From the NCBI GenBank assembly GCA_046758005.1, contig JBHHZJ010000006.1, forward strand, positions 634 through 64,633: DNA of 64,000 nucleotides, in the 5' to 3' direction. This document shows, in pieces, positions 48,656-58,597 of the stretch (position 1 is its first letter; the number at the start of each line of letters is the position of its first letter). The position numbers were made by a program, and so were the translations under genes. This DNA comes from Kiloniellaceae bacterium (GTDB lineage Bacteria; Pseudomonadota; Alphaproteobacteria; Kiloniellales; J153). The notes under the pieces are model-generated. The model was not told the DNA's origin, made no database searches, and saw nothing but the letters and a program-made list of their open reading frames with translations.

Positions 48656-48884
48656 CGAGGGACCACCTCCCATCAGGCTGCTCCGCGCCGGCGGGCGCGA
48701 CCGGCGTCGCCCCACGCCGCCGCACTCCAAATAACCGCCCCGCCGCCGGCGGCCGCGGTGCTCATAACCCTATCCCGATTCGAAGCCGCTTGTCAGAGAA
48801 GAATACCCACGCTGGGGCGGGAACGGCGCTTGGCGCCGCCCCCAGCACACCAACGATTCCGCCCCGTCGCGGACGACGGCGCGG

Positions 48885-49481
48885 TCAGGAGCCCGACTTC
48901 TGCTGGTAAGCCGTGCCCCAACCCCAAGCGCCCGACCCGAATCCGCGGGCAACCACGCGCTCGCGGTAGATGTCGGACACGATGTCGCCGTCGCCGGCGA
49001 GCAGCGCCTTGGTCGCGCACATCTCGGCGCACAGCGGCAACTTGCCCTCGGCCAGACGGTTGCGGCCATACTTCTGGAACTCGGCCGCGGAGTTATCCTC
49101 CTCCGGCCCGCCCGCGCAGAAGGTGCACTTGTCCATCTTGCCGCGGCTGCCGAAGTTGCCGGCCTGCGGATACTGCGGCGCGCCGAAGGGACAGGCGTAG
49201 AAGCAGTAGCCACATCCGATGCACAGGTCCTTGGAGTGCAGGACCACTCCTTCCTCGGTCTGGTAGATGCAGTCGACCGGACAGACCGCGATGCAGGGGG
49301 CATCGGAGCAGTGCATGCAAGCCACCGAGATCGAACGTTCGCCGGGCCTGCCGTCGTTGATGGTCACGACACGGCGGCGGTTGATGCCCCAGGGGACCTC
49401 GTTCTCGTTCTTGCACGCCACGACGCAGGCGTTGCACTCGATGCAACGCTCGGCATCACAGAGGAACTTCATTCGTGCCAT
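48885..49481 (-). CDS. fdh3B: Formate dehydrogenase Fe-S beta subunit (FDH3 type)
   Basis: CIECNAC, CMHCSDAPC, CIGCGYC, KCTFC: four 4Fe-4S motifs. Confidence 0.92.
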   Translation of the reverse strand: MARMKFLCDAERCIECNACVVACKNENEVPWGINRRRVVTINDGRPGERSISVACMHCSDAPCIAVCPVDCIYQTEEGVVLHSKDLCIGCGYCFYACPFGAPQYPQAGNFGSRGKMDKCTFCAGGPEEDNSAAEFQKYGRNRLAEGKLPLCAEMCATKALLAGDGDIVSDIYRERVVARGFGSGAWGWGTAYQQKSGS

Positions 49482-49494
49482 GGTTCAGGTCTCC

Positions 49495-52362
49495 TCAAGC
49501 AGGTTCGATCCGGCACAGGCTACACTTGGTTTCCTGCATGTTGGTCACCGAATCGTAGCCATACGTCATGGCCGTATTTGCAGATTCACCCAGGACATAG
49601 GGATCGGCTCCCTCCGGGTATTTGGACCGGCGGTCCTCGCCTTGCCAATGGCCCGCGAAATGGAACGGCATGAACGCGACGCCGCGCGCGACGCGGTCGG
49701 TCACCATGGCCATGACCTTGACCTTTGCCCCCTCAGGCGTGTAGAGCCAGATCATCTTTCCGTCCCTGACACCGATGTTGTTGGCATCGAACGGGTTGAT
49801 CTCGGCGAACATGTCCTGCTGGAGCTCGGCCAGCCATGGATTGGCCCGCGTCTCGTCGCCGCCGCCCTCGTACTCCACGAGGCGACCCGTCGTCAGGATC
49901 ATCGGATAGCTTCCGGTGAAGTCCTTGTCCTGAATCGACTTGTACAGGGTCGGAAGCCTGAACATCTTGCGGTCCGTGTAGGTCGGATAGTCGCCGACCA
50001 GATCACGGCGCGAGGTGTACAGCGGCTCGCGGTGTATCGGCACCGGGTCCGGGAAGGTCCACACCACGGCCCGGGCCTTGGCGTTCCCGAAGGGCGCGCA
50101 GCCGTGCTTGATCGCGACCCGCTGGATGCCGCCCGAGAGGTCGGTCTTCCAGTTGGTCTTGTCGCCGGCGACCTTCTCGATCGCAGCCCGTTCGGCCGCG
50201 GTCAGGTCCTTGTCCCAACCGAGCTTCTTGAGCATGGCCATCGTGAATTCCGGATAGCCGTCCTTGATCTCGGAGCCGACCGGATAGCTGCCGTCGGCGA
50301 GCAGGTTCTGCCCGTTGCGCTCCACGCCGAACCGGGCGCGGAAGCACAGGCCGCCTTCGGCCACCGGCTTCGAGGTGTCGTAAAGCAACGGCGTCCCCGG
50401 ATGCTTCATCTCCGCCGTGCCCCAGCAGGGCCACGGCAGCCCGTAGTACTCACCGTCGGCCGGACCACCCACCGCCTGGAGCGTGGTCTTGTCGAAGGTG
50501 TACTGGTTGGCCATGTGGAGGCGCAGGCGCTCCGGCGACTGCCCGGTGTAGCCGATGGTCCACATGCCGCGGTTGAACTCGCGGGTGATGTCCTCGATCA
50601 GCGGCTCGTTGCCGTTGACCTTGATGTTCTTGAACATCTCCTTGTCGAAGCCGAGCTTCTTGGCCATGAGATACATGATCTCGTGGTCCGTCTTCGAATC
50701 GAAGATCGGATCGACGACCTTTTCCCGCCACTGCAGCGAGCGGTTGGACGCGGTCACCGAACCATAGCCCTCGAACGGCGTGGCCGCCGGCAGGAGATAG
50801 GTCCCGTCCGTGCGGTCATGGATGACCGCCGTCGCGGTCGGGACCGGATCGATGACGACGAGGAGATCCAGCTTCTCCATCGCCTTCTTCATCTCGAGGC
50901 CGCGCGTTTGCGAATTCGGCGCGTGACCCCAGAAGATCATGGCCCGGAGGTTATCCGGCTGATCGATATTCTCCTTGGCCTCGAGCACGCCGTCGACCCA
51001 GCGGGAGACCGGGATGCCCTTGCTCTCCATGAGCTTCTTGCTGGCAAAACGGCTGAGCAGGTAGTCGTACTTGACGTCCCAGACCCGCGCCCAGTGCTTC
51101 CACGATCCGGTCTTGAGACCGTAATACCCGGGCAGGCTGTGCGAGAGCACGCACATGTCGGTCGCGCCCTGCACGTTGTCATGGCCGCGGAAGATGTTCG
51201 TCCCGCCGCCCGCCGTGCCGATCGTGCCGAGGGCCAGACCCAGGACGCAGTAAGCCCGGGTGTTGTTGTTGCCGATGGTGTGCTGCGTGCCGCCCATGCA
51301 CCAGATGATGGTGAAGGGCCGGTTGTTCGCAAGCGTACGGGCGACCCGCCTGAGCTGCGAGCCGGGCACGCCGGTGACGCGCTCGGTCTCCTCCGGCGTC
51401 CACTTCCTCACCTCTTCCTTGATCTGGTCCATGCCCCAGACCCGCTGGCGGATGAACTCCTTGTCCTCCCACCCGTTCTCGAACACGTGCCAGAGGATGC
51501 CCCAGATCAAGGCCACGTCCGTCCCCGGACGCAGACGCACGTACTCGTCGGCATGCGCCGCGGTCCGCGTGAAGCGCGGATCGCAGACGATGAAGGGCGC
51601 GTTGTTCTGCTCCTTGGCCCTGAGCATGTGCTGCATCGCCACCGGATGGGCCTCGGCGGGGTTGCCGCCGATTTCCAAGATGGCGCGCGAGTTGTGGATG
51701 TCGTTGTAGGAGTTCGTCATCGCGCCGTAGCCCCAGGTGTTGGCCACACCCGCGACCGTGGTCGAGTGACAGATCCGCGCCTGGTGGTCGCCGTTGTTGC
51801 TGCCCCAGAAGGCGTAGAACTTGCGGAACAGATAGGCCTGCTCGTTGCTGTGCTTGGCCGAGCCCAGCCAGTAGACCGAATCCGGGCCCGATTTCTCGCG
51901 AATCTCGAGCAGCTTGTCGCCGATCTCGTTGATCGCCTGGTCCCAGGAGATCTTGGTCCACTTGCCGCCCTGCAGCTTGACCGGGGTCTTCAGGCGCCGC
52001 TCGCCGTGGGTCATCTCGCGCACCGAGGCGCCCTTGGCGCAGTGCGCGCCGAGGTTGAACGGGCTGTCCCAACCCGGTTCCTGGCCGATCCACACGCCGT
52101 TTTGAACCTCGGCGATGACGGTGCAGCCGACCGAGCAGTGGGTGCAGACGGTCTTGACCTGGGTGACTTGCCGGGCCGCGGTCTGGGCGGCCGCCTTTTT
52201 CACCCTCCCGAACGGCAGCGCGGACGCAGCCGCGACGCTTCCGGCGGCAAGACCGGAGCGCTTCAAGAACGTGCGACGGTCAATTGCACGGCCGGCGACG
52301 CCGGCCAGCGCCTTTGACAAACGGGGGCCACTCGCAACCCCATTCGTCCTTTTGGTTAACAT
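49495..52362 (-). CDS. Tat-exported formate dehydrogenase alpha subunit (FDH3 type)
   Basis: DRRTFLK Tat motif, CTHCSVGC, catalytic ARICHST, FRGHDNVQG. Confidence 0.95.
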   Translation of the reverse strand: MLTKRTNGVASGPRLSKALAGVAGRAIDRRTFLKRSGLAAGSVAAASALPFGRVKKAAAQTAARQVTQVKTVCTHCSVGCTVIAEVQNGVWIGQEPGWDSPFNLGAHCAKGASVREMTHGERRLKTPVKLQGGKWTKISWDQAINEIGDKLLEIREKSGPDSVYWLGSAKHSNEQAYLFRKFYAFWGSNNGDHQARICHSTTVAGVANTWGYGAMTNSYNDIHNSRAILEIGGNPAEAHPVAMQHMLRAKEQNNAPFIVCDPRFTRTAAHADEYVRLRPGTDVALIWGILWHVFENGWEDKEFIRQRVWGMDQIKEEVRKWTPEETERVTGVPGSQLRRVARTLANNRPFTIIWCMGGTQHTIGNNNTRAYCVLGLALGTIGTAGGGTNIFRGHDNVQGATDMCVLSHSLPGYYGLKTGSWKHWARVWDVKYDYLLSRFASKKLMESKGIPVSRWVDGVLEAKENIDQPDNLRAMIFWGHAPNSQTRGLEMKKAMEKLDLLVVIDPVPTATAVIHDRTDGTYLLPAATPFEGYGSVTASNRSLQWREKVVDPIFDSKTDHEIMYLMAKKLGFDKEMFKNIKVNGNEPLIEDITREFNRGMWTIGYTGQSPERLRLHMANQYTFDKTTLQAVGGPADGEYYGLPWPCWGTAEMKHPGTPLLYDTSKPVAEGGLCFRARFGVERNGQNLLADGSYPVGSEIKDGYPEFTMAMLKKLGWDKDLTAAERAAIEKVAGDKTNWKTDLSGGIQRVAIKHGCAPFGNAKARAVVWTFPDPVPIHREPLYTSRRDLVGDYPTYTDRKMFRLPTLYKSIQDKDFTGSYPMILTTGRLVEYEGGGDETRANPWLAELQQDMFAEINPFDANNIGVRDGKMIWLYTPEGAKVKVMAMVTDRVARGVAFMPFHFAGHWQGEDRRSKYPEGADPYVLGESANTAMTYGYDSVTNMQETKCSLCRIEPA

Positions 52363-52405
52363 TGACCTCTCCTGTTCGTAAGGATTCCGAACGCCAAGTC
52401 CCTCT

Positions 52406-52600
52406 CTAGAACCTGGCCAGCTCGTAAAACTTCTTCACGTGGTCCGTCTCGCGGTAGCCGGCGCCCTTGGCCGAGGCCTTGGACGGAGCCGCCGCCTTCA
52501 CCGTGGAGGCGGACAGCCCGACGGCCGCCACACCGGCCCCCAGGCCGACGCTGCGAAAGAAGTCCCGACGACCGATCGACGCCGTTGTCTTCTTGCTCAT
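52406..52600 (-). CDS. Small Tat-signal protein of formate dehydrogenase loci
   Basis: GRRDFF twin-arginine motif; C-terminal GYRETDHVKKFY. Confidence 0.85.
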   Translation of the reverse strand: MSKKTTASIGRRDFFRSVGLGAGVAAVGLSASTVKAAAPSKASAKGAGYRETDHVKKFYELARF

Positions 52601-52695
52601 ATCGCTCACCCTTTCCTGCTGGTGAACCACCCAGGACGGTTCTTGTCGTATTCCGGCCGGGTCCGCCCGAACCCCGGCCGGTGCGTACGTCGGCC

Positions 52696-53301
52696 TCAGG
52701 CCGCCATCTCGAAGGCCTGAGTCTCGATCGCCATGAACCTCCTGCCGATCGTGCCGACGGGCATGTACAGCGCGGCCGACCGGGCCGCCTCGAGGTCCTC
52801 GAAGAACCGCGGCGCCCAGCAGCCGACGTGCCGGTCGAAAAACTGCTGTTGCCGAGCCAGATCGACGGGGGCGCCGAAGGCCCCGGTGATCATCCCGGCC
52901 ATCATCTCGCACAGGCTGGCGATGTGGTCCTCGGGCTCCTTGACCTCGTCCGCGCGGGTGATGCCCAGCTCGGCCATGTCGCCGCGCAGGCGCGCCAACG
53001 GCTTCTCGTTCAGGAACCCGGTCAGATAGTACGAGGCGAAAGGCAGAAGCTCGCCCTGCCCGACGCCGATGAAGAGGTCGAAATACTCCTCCTCCGCCGT
53101 GCCGGGCGTGGCGCCGCGCGCGGCCGCGGCCAGGGCTTGCACGCCCCGGCCGAGTTCGGTCTCGTCGCCCCGCAGCCCGCGCACGAAGGCCAGCGTCGCC
53201 TCCTCGGGCGGCGCCGAGAGCAGACGCGCCACAAGCGCGTACCAGTGGGCCCGGAGCCGGTCTTCCTCGGCAATGTCGAACTCGGCGTTCGTCTCCGCCA
53301 A
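52696..53301 (-). CDS. TorD/DmsD-family molybdoenzyme chaperone
   Basis: EYFDLFIG, PFASYYLTG, EPEDH. Confidence 0.92.
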   Translation of the reverse strand: MAETNAEFDIAEEDRLRAHWYALVARLLSAPPEEATLAFVRGLRGDETELGRGVQALAAAARGATPGTAEEEYFDLFIGVGQGELLPFASYYLTGFLNEKPLARLRGDMAELGITRADEVKEPEDHIASLCEMMAGMITGAFGAPVDLARQQQFFDRHVGCWAPRFFEDLEAARSAALYMPVGTIGRRFMAIETQAFEMAA

Positions 53302-53453
53302 GCGCCCCTCCCTAAGAGCTCCCCGCGATCAAGACCGCGCAAAGATCCGCTTTTCGGCCGTTTTTTTCGTGCTCTTGCGCTTGGCCGCCGCGGGCGCGAT
53401 TGGGAAGCTAATGTCCTTTATTAATCAAGGGTTTTTGCGCCCTCGATTTGGAA

Positions 53454-53482
53454 ATTAGAAAACCTTTCCGATTGGCTGTCAA
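53454..53482 (-). promoter_or_regulatory. Sigma70-like promoter for the chaperone-FDH operon
   Basis: Minus-strand TTGACA-N17-TCTAAT in an AT-rich gap; IHF-like AATCAAGGGTTTT at 53423-53435. Confidence 0.55.
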
Positions 53483-53797
53483 GAAAATGCGTTGCTGCAC
53501 CTGCGAACACACAAATGACCTGTAAATGCTGACAAAGACTCCGAATGGGCAAGAAAGCACACATCGACGCCGCGACCGCCGACGGGCGCGACGCCGCGGC
53601 GCGGTGGCGGCCGGGCCGTGGGCAATACCAAGTCTCGGTGATAATGGTTCGATACGTTTTTCTGCTCTTGATCTTGACCCCGGTCTCGAACGGGGCGTCG
53701 CAGGCGCTGGTCCATGTCTCGAGCGTCTTGGGAAGATTTGGGAATCGAAGCCGGATCTTCCGTCTGCGAAATCCCGGTATGCCGCGGCTGGCGCCGC

Positions 53798-54406
53798 CTA
53801 ACCGGAAAAGCGGCCCCAGCGGCGGTCCCGGGCGCTCGGCCGGCCCGGCGCGGCGGCGGGTTGGCCCGCGCGGGCGGACTGGCCGGCGGGCGGCGCGGCG
53901 GGTTCGGAGGGCAATTCCGGAGGCGGCGGCGCCGGGGGCGCGGGCGTCCCGTCGGCGTCGGGCCGGTCCGCCACGGAGTCGGCGCTCCCGGGCGGGGCCG
54001 CCGAAGGGCTAGGTTCCTCGGCCTCGGGCGTCTCGTCGCCGGCGATGCCCCGGCCGACCTTGTAGAGCGTCTTGAGGCCCTCGATCACGGTGGCCGCGTC
54101 GGTAAAGTCCTCGTCGTAGTCGTTCAGGCCGTCCAGGTTGGCCAAGACCGGGTTGAGGCGCCACAGCCGGCGCAGGGCCTTGCGCCGGATCGCCTCGGGC
54201 ACGCCCTCCTTGAGGAACACGGTGAAGTCCGAGGCCTCGTCCAGGCTGTCGACGTCGGGCAAAGGCTCGACGGGTTGGGACCGCGAGGGCGGCGCCGGCC
54301 CTTCGGGCGCCGTCACGCCCTCGGGCGGGCGCGCGGCCGCTTGGCCGCGGGACTTGCGCTTGCGTTTCGACCAGCGGGAGACGAAGCCGTCGCCGGAGTC
54401 AGCCAT
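53798..54406 (-). CDS. DUF3306 family protein
   Basis: GFVSRWSKRK, SDFTVFL, RKALRRLW, LDGLNDYDEDF. Confidence 0.88.
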   Translation of the reverse strand: MADSGDGFVSRWSKRKRKSRGQAAARPPEGVTAPEGPAPPSRSQPVEPLPDVDSLDEASDFTVFLKEGVPEAIRRKALRRLWRLNPVLANLDGLNDYDEDFTDAATVIEGLKTLYKVGRGIAGDETPEAEEPSPSAAPPGSADSVADRPDADGTPAPPAPPPPELPSEPAAPPAGQSARAGQPAAAPGRPSARDRRWGRFSG

Positions 54407-54938
54407 GACGGCCCCCACGGGGCCCGGCGGGGGGCCCCTGGCCGAACCCAACCTTCTGCGGGTCGGCGCGTTTGCGCTTGCGCTTGCGGAAGGGCTCGTC
54501 GACGTGATGCCGGTCGATGTAGGCCTGGACGAAGGCGATCACGTCCGGCGGCATGGTCACGGCCTCGACGATCTCCTCGCCGCTGTCCAGGTAGTCCTGC
54601 GCCTCGTACGGGCAGGCGGTGACCAGGAAGGGCACGACCTCGTGCTCGCTGTCCGAATCCTCGCCGGCGCGCAGCACAACGAAGACCCGCGGCGGTTCCT
54701 GCGAAAGGTTGAGCTTGTAGCCCTCGGTCTCGCGGCGGAAGAGTTCGAGCGGCAGGGTGCCGCCGTGGTAATGGATCCAGTCCTCCCCCTGGCGCAGCAC
54801 CGACCACTCGCCGTGCGGATCGCGCGGCGGTGCCCCCGGGATCACCGCGACCGGCGCCCAGGAGTAGTCCAGCCAGGGATGGTCGATCCGGCGCCGCTCG
54901 AGCACCACGCCGAGCGGCAGCCTCTCGTGCCTGTCCAT
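54399..54938 (-). CDS. DUF3305 family protein
   Basis: LELFRRETEGYKLNL, VTACPYEAQ, EPFRKRKR; paired with DUF3306. Confidence 0.88.
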   Translation of the reverse strand: MDRHERLPLGVVLERRRIDHPWLDYSWAPVAVIPGAPPRDPHGEWSVLRQGEDWIHYHGGTLPLELFRRETEGYKLNLSQEPPRVFVVLRAGEDSDSEHEVVPFLVTACPYEAQDYLDSGEEIVEAVTMPPDVIAFVQAYIDRHHVDEPFRKRKRKRADPQKVGFGQGPPAGPRGGRHG

Positions 54939-55103
54939 CGCGGTCCGCTCCTGCCGGACCCGCCGAAGCGCGGTCCCGGGAATGTCCTGCACAAGACATA
55001 GCGAATCCGGCGGCAAAAGTTAAGCCGGCGCGACGCCAGACCGCAACGCGCGGCCGGGGCGGACCGTCAACCCGCTCCGCGGTTGTCTCGCGCCGCGCGG
55101 CCG

Positions 55104-55928
55104 CTACTTGGCCGGCAGCGTTTGCATGTAGGCCAGGATGTCGACCAGATCCTCGATGCCGAGCACGTCCAAGGCCACCATGCCGACGCCCGGTTGACCG
55201 AAACGGATCTTGTGCAGGGCTTCCCAAGGGTTCTCGACGGCGATGGTCCCCACGTACTCGGGATGTTTCTCGTCCTTGAAATTCATCGCCTTTCCGTCGA
55301 AGCCGTGGCACACCGCGCAAATCGTCTGGAAGAACGCCGCGCCCCGCCTGGGATTGCCGCGCGCAACCTTGGTCTTGCGGTCGATGTACTTGTCGACGTC
55401 GATCTGGCCGCGGCTCAGGAACAGGGCGAGCTTCTCCATGGCGCTGTGCGGCATCATGTCCGCGGTGAAGCCGTGGGTCTCGTTCATGATGATCTGGTGG
55501 ATCTTTTCCGGTTCCATGCCGGCGACGCCGCGCACGCCCTTGATTCCGGTGTAGTGCGAGCCTTTGCCGTAGGCGCCGTCCTTGCCCTTGTAATCCCAGC
55601 CGTGGCACTCCTTGCAGCGCCAGGTGCCGGCGCCCTTTTTCTTGCCGCTGGCCGGATAGGCCGGATGGGTTTGTTTGGGCGGCTCGGCCTCCATCACCGC
55701 CATCCAGTTGTCGTAGAGTTCGCCGCCGCGGGCTACGTCCCAAACATCGGTCATGTCGTGGGCGTGGCCGGAAACCTCCGCGTTTTCGCTCTTGTCTTCC
55801 TGGGGCGCGCCTTGCGCCGGCGCGAGCGGCGTCGCGCCCGCCAGGGCGAGGAAGCCGAAGCACGCTGCCGTGAATACGGCCCATAACCTGTACCGAGGGC
55901 CGCCTCGATAGATCGAATTCTTGATCAT
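55104..55928 (-). CDS. Periplasmic dihaem cytochrome c
   Basis: Signal peptide; CKECH and CAVCH motifs; RGGELYDNW. Confidence 0.88.
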   Translation of the reverse strand: MIKNSIYRGGPRYRLWAVFTAACFGFLALAGATPLAPAQGAPQEDKSENAEVSGHAHDMTDVWDVARGGELYDNWMAVMEAEPPKQTHPAYPASGKKKGAGTWRCKECHGWDYKGKDGAYGKGSHYTGIKGVRGVAGMEPEKIHQIIMNETHGFTADMMPHSAMEKLALFLSRGQIDVDKYIDRKTKVARGNPRRGAAFFQTICAVCHGFDGKAMNFKDEKHPEYVGTIAVENPWEALHKIRFGQPGVGMVALDVLGIEDLVDILAYMQTLPAK

Positions 55929-56046
55929 GACTTCCTCCGGTCTTCCGGACCGCCCTGGCGGTCCGGCCCCCTTGCGGCTGGGCCCCGACAGACCCGACTC
56001 CATTCCAGACTTGAATAATTATTACATCCGTTCCAGCGGGCTGGCA

Positions 56047-56060
56047 TTGATGCAGGTCAA
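56047..56060. promoter_or_regulatory. FNR/FixK box upstream of the dihaem cytochrome c
   Basis: TTGAT-GCAG-GTCAA; AT-rich -10 (minus-strand TAATAAT, 56024-56018) at class II spacing. Confidence 0.7.
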
Positions 56061-56068
56061 GCTGGCCG

Positions 56069-56722
56069 TCAACGGGCCCCGGAGCGGGCCGCGGATCGGG
56101 TCGCGGCGAAACGCGCCGCCTGCTCCAGGTCCTCGGGGCGGTTGGCGTTGAAAAAGGGGTCGAGCGGGCCGGCCGGCGTATCCACCCCGGGAAACTCCAC
56201 CGCGACCAGCCGGTAACGCGCGGTCCACACGTCGACCTTGCGGATGTCCTCCCCGACCATGGCGCGGCGCAGCTCGTCCTTGAGGCGCACGGGCCAGAGG
56301 CCGAAAACGGGATGGCTGCGCCCGTTCGAGGCGGCGCAGGCCAGGTCGGCGCCCTCGGCCTCGACCTCTTCGAGGAGGCGCTCGACCAAGTCCTCGGGAA
56401 AGAACGGCGCGTCGCAGGCGAAGCTAGCAACGTAGTCGCACCCGGGCGCGTGCCGCGCCGCCCACTCCAGGCCGGTCAGCACGCCGGCGAGCGGCCCGGC
56501 GAAGCCTTCCACCACGTCGGCCGCGACCGGCAGGCCGAACGCCGCGAAGCGGGCCGGATCGCCGTTGGCGTTAAGGACCAGCGGCCCCACCTGGGACTGG
56601 GCGCGCGCGATCACGTGGGCCAGGATCGGCTTGCCGGCGAGCCGACGCAGGCACTTGTCGCCGCCGCCCATGCGCCGCGACCGCCCGCCGGCTAAAAGGA
56701 CACCGGCGACGGGCGCCGTCAT
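56069..56722 (-). CDS. mobA: Molybdenum cofactor guanylyltransferase MobA
   Basis: [36 protein letters not shown]. Confidence 0.95.
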   Translation of the reverse strand: MTAPVAGVLLAGGRSRRMGGGDKCLRRLAGKPILAHVIARAQSQVGPLVLNANGDPARFAAFGLPVAADVVEGFAGPLAGVLTGLEWAARHAPGCDYVASFACDAPFFPEDLVERLLEEVEAEGADLACAASNGRSHPVFGLWPVRLKDELRRAMVGEDIRKVDVWTARYRLVAVEFPGVDTPAGPLDPFFNANRPEDLEQAARFAATRSAARSGAR

Positions 56723-56755
56723 GGGGCGCCCGGGCGCGCGGCCGGTCCGGCCGCC

Positions 56756-57706
56756 TCACGCCGCATCGTCGTCTCGGCCGGCCTTGCGCTGGTGGCGGCG
56801 GTCCTCCTCGGCCACGGTGTCCGGGTCGAGGTCGTGGACGATGCGCTCCTCGCCGGACAGGGCGACGAAACGCCTGCCCTTGGCCCGCCCGATGAGGGTG
56901 AGACCGGCCTGACGCGCGAGATCGACGCCCCAGGCGGTGAAGCCCGAGCGCGAGATCAGGATCGGGATGCCCATCTGCACGGTCTTGATGACCATCTCCG
57001 AGGTCAGCCGCCCGGTCGTGTAGAAGATCTTGCCCTCGGGCCGGATCCCCTTGAGAAACATGTAGCCGGCGATCTTGTCGACGGCGTTGTGCCGGCCGAC
57101 GTCCTCCATGTAGACGAGCGGCCGGTCCGCCTCGCACAGCACGCAGCCGTGGATTGCCCCGGCCTCCAGGTACAGGCTCGGCGTCATGTTGATCTTTCGC
57201 GACAACGTATAGAGCCAAGACGTTTTCAGGATCGCGTCCTTGGGCAGATCGATCTCTTCGAACTTCTCCATCAGATCGCCGAACACCGTGCCCTGGGCGC
57301 AGCCGGAGGTGCGGGTCTTCTTCTTGAGCTTGTCCTCGTAGTCGGTCGCGCGCTCGGTGCGCACGACCACGACGTCGAGCTCCGTGTCGACGTCGATCCC
57401 GGTGATTCGGTCGTCGGCGCGCAGCATGTTCTGGTTGAGCAGGTAACCGGCCGCCAGGTACTCGGGAAAGTCGCCGATCGTCATCATGGTGACGATTTCC
57501 TGGCCGTTGAGAAACAGCGTCAGCGGCCGTTCGACCACCACCGCCGTCTCGATCGCCCGGCCGGTCTCGTCGACGCCGCGGACGCGCTCGGTCAGGCGCG
57601 GGTCGGCCGGGTCGGGGCGCACGAGGAACGCGCCCAGCGCCGCCGGGTCGCCGGCCTTCGGCCGGGCGCGCCGGACCGTGCGGACCTCATCGCGCTGATC
57701 GCTCAT
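56756..57706 (-). CDS. fdhD: Formate dehydrogenase sulfurtransferase FdhD
   Basis: VERPLTL, TSGCAQG, GAIHGC, EDVGRHNAVDK, TGRLTSEMV. Confidence 0.95.
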   Translation of the reverse strand: MSDQRDEVRTVRRARPKAGDPAALGAFLVRPDPADPRLTERVRGVDETGRAIETAVVVERPLTLFLNGQEIVTMMTIGDFPEYLAAGYLLNQNMLRADDRITGIDVDTELDVVVVRTERATDYEDKLKKKTRTSGCAQGTVFGDLMEKFEEIDLPKDAILKTSWLYTLSRKINMTPSLYLEAGAIHGCVLCEADRPLVYMEDVGRHNAVDKIAGYMFLKGIRPEGKIFYTTGRLTSEMVIKTVQMGIPILISRSGFTAWGVDLARQAGLTLIGRAKGRRFVALSGEERIVHDLDPDTVAEEDRRHQRKAGRDDDAA

Positions 57707-57836
57707 GCCTGCGTCTCGTCCTCGGGCCGCCCTCCCCTCGCAATATGCGCCCGCGCGGGGCCGGCGGCAAGGCGAGGCCGCGGCACCCGTCGGACTCGCC
57801 CCTTTTTCTCCGAGATTCGCGTTATTTCTGTAAATC

Positions 57837-57862
57837 ATGCAGGGAATTGCATAAGATTGCGC
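57837..57862. promoter_or_regulatory. Candidate operator in the fdhD/tupB divergent region
   Basis: WTGC repeated at 10-bp phase (57837, 57847, 57857); also forms the dyad ATGCA-N6-TGCAT. Confidence 0.4.
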
Positions 57863-57892
57863 ATCGGAGACGTTGCCTGAGCTGGCTCGATC

Positions 57893-58597
57893 ATGGCGGA
57901 CCTATCCACGGCCTTTGCCCTGGCCCTCGAGATGCTGGTCCGGCTCGACCCGGACCTGGTCGAGATCGTCGGCCTGTCGCTGCGGGTCAGCCTGAGCGCG
58001 GTCGGCCTGGCCGCGCTCATCGGCCTGCCGCTCGGCGCGGCCGTCGCGCTCTACCGGTTTCCCGGGCGGGTGGTCATCGCCGCCCTGCTCAACGCCTTCA
58101 TGGGCCTGCCGCCGGTGGTCGTCGGCCTGGTCGTCTATCTGATGCTCTCGCGCGCCGGGCCGCTCGGCGTGCTCGGCCTGTTGTTCACGCCCGGGGCGAT
58201 GATCGCCGCGCAGTGCCTGCTCGTCATTCCCATCGTTGCCGCGCTCGCCGCCCAGACCATCGCCGACCTCAACGAGGAGTACGACGAGCAGCTCCGCTCG
58301 CTGGCCGCCGGCCCGGTGCAGCGGCTTCACACCCTGCTCTGGGACGGCCGATTCAGCCTGCTCACCGCGGTGCTCGCCGGCTTCGGCCGGGCCATCGCGG
58401 AGGTGGGCGCGGTAATGATCGTCGGCGGCAACATCAACCACGTGACCCGGGTCATGACCACCGCGATCGCGCTCGAGACCAGCAAGGGCAACCTGGCGCT
58501 CGCGCTGGGCCTCGGGCTGGTGCTGATCGCGCTCGCCCTCGGCGTCAATCTCGCCGCCATCGGGCTCAGGGATGTCGCGCGCGCCCGCCACGGCTGA
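57893..58597 (+). CDS. tupB: Tungstate ABC transporter permease TupB
   Basis: MGLPPVVVGL, GFGRAIAEVGAVMIVGGNI, TRVMTTAIALETSKG. Confidence 0.92.
   Translation: MADLSTAFALALEMLVRLDPDLVEIVGLSLRVSLSAVGLAALIGLPLGAAVALYRFPGRVVIAALLNAFMGLPPVVVGLVVYLMLSRAGPLGVLGLLFTPGAMIAAQCLLVIPIVAALAAQTIADLNEEYDEQLRSLAAGPVQRLHTLLWDGRFSLLTAVLAGFGRAIAEVGAVMIVGGNINHVTRVMTTAIALETSKGNLALALGLGLVLIALALGVNLAAIGLRDVARARHG

Noticed and set aside
53310-53790. Short ORFs or an ncRNA in the AT-rich gap before the TorD chaperone gene
   Set aside because: No RBS, codon bias or recognisable RNA motif; better explained as a promoter region.
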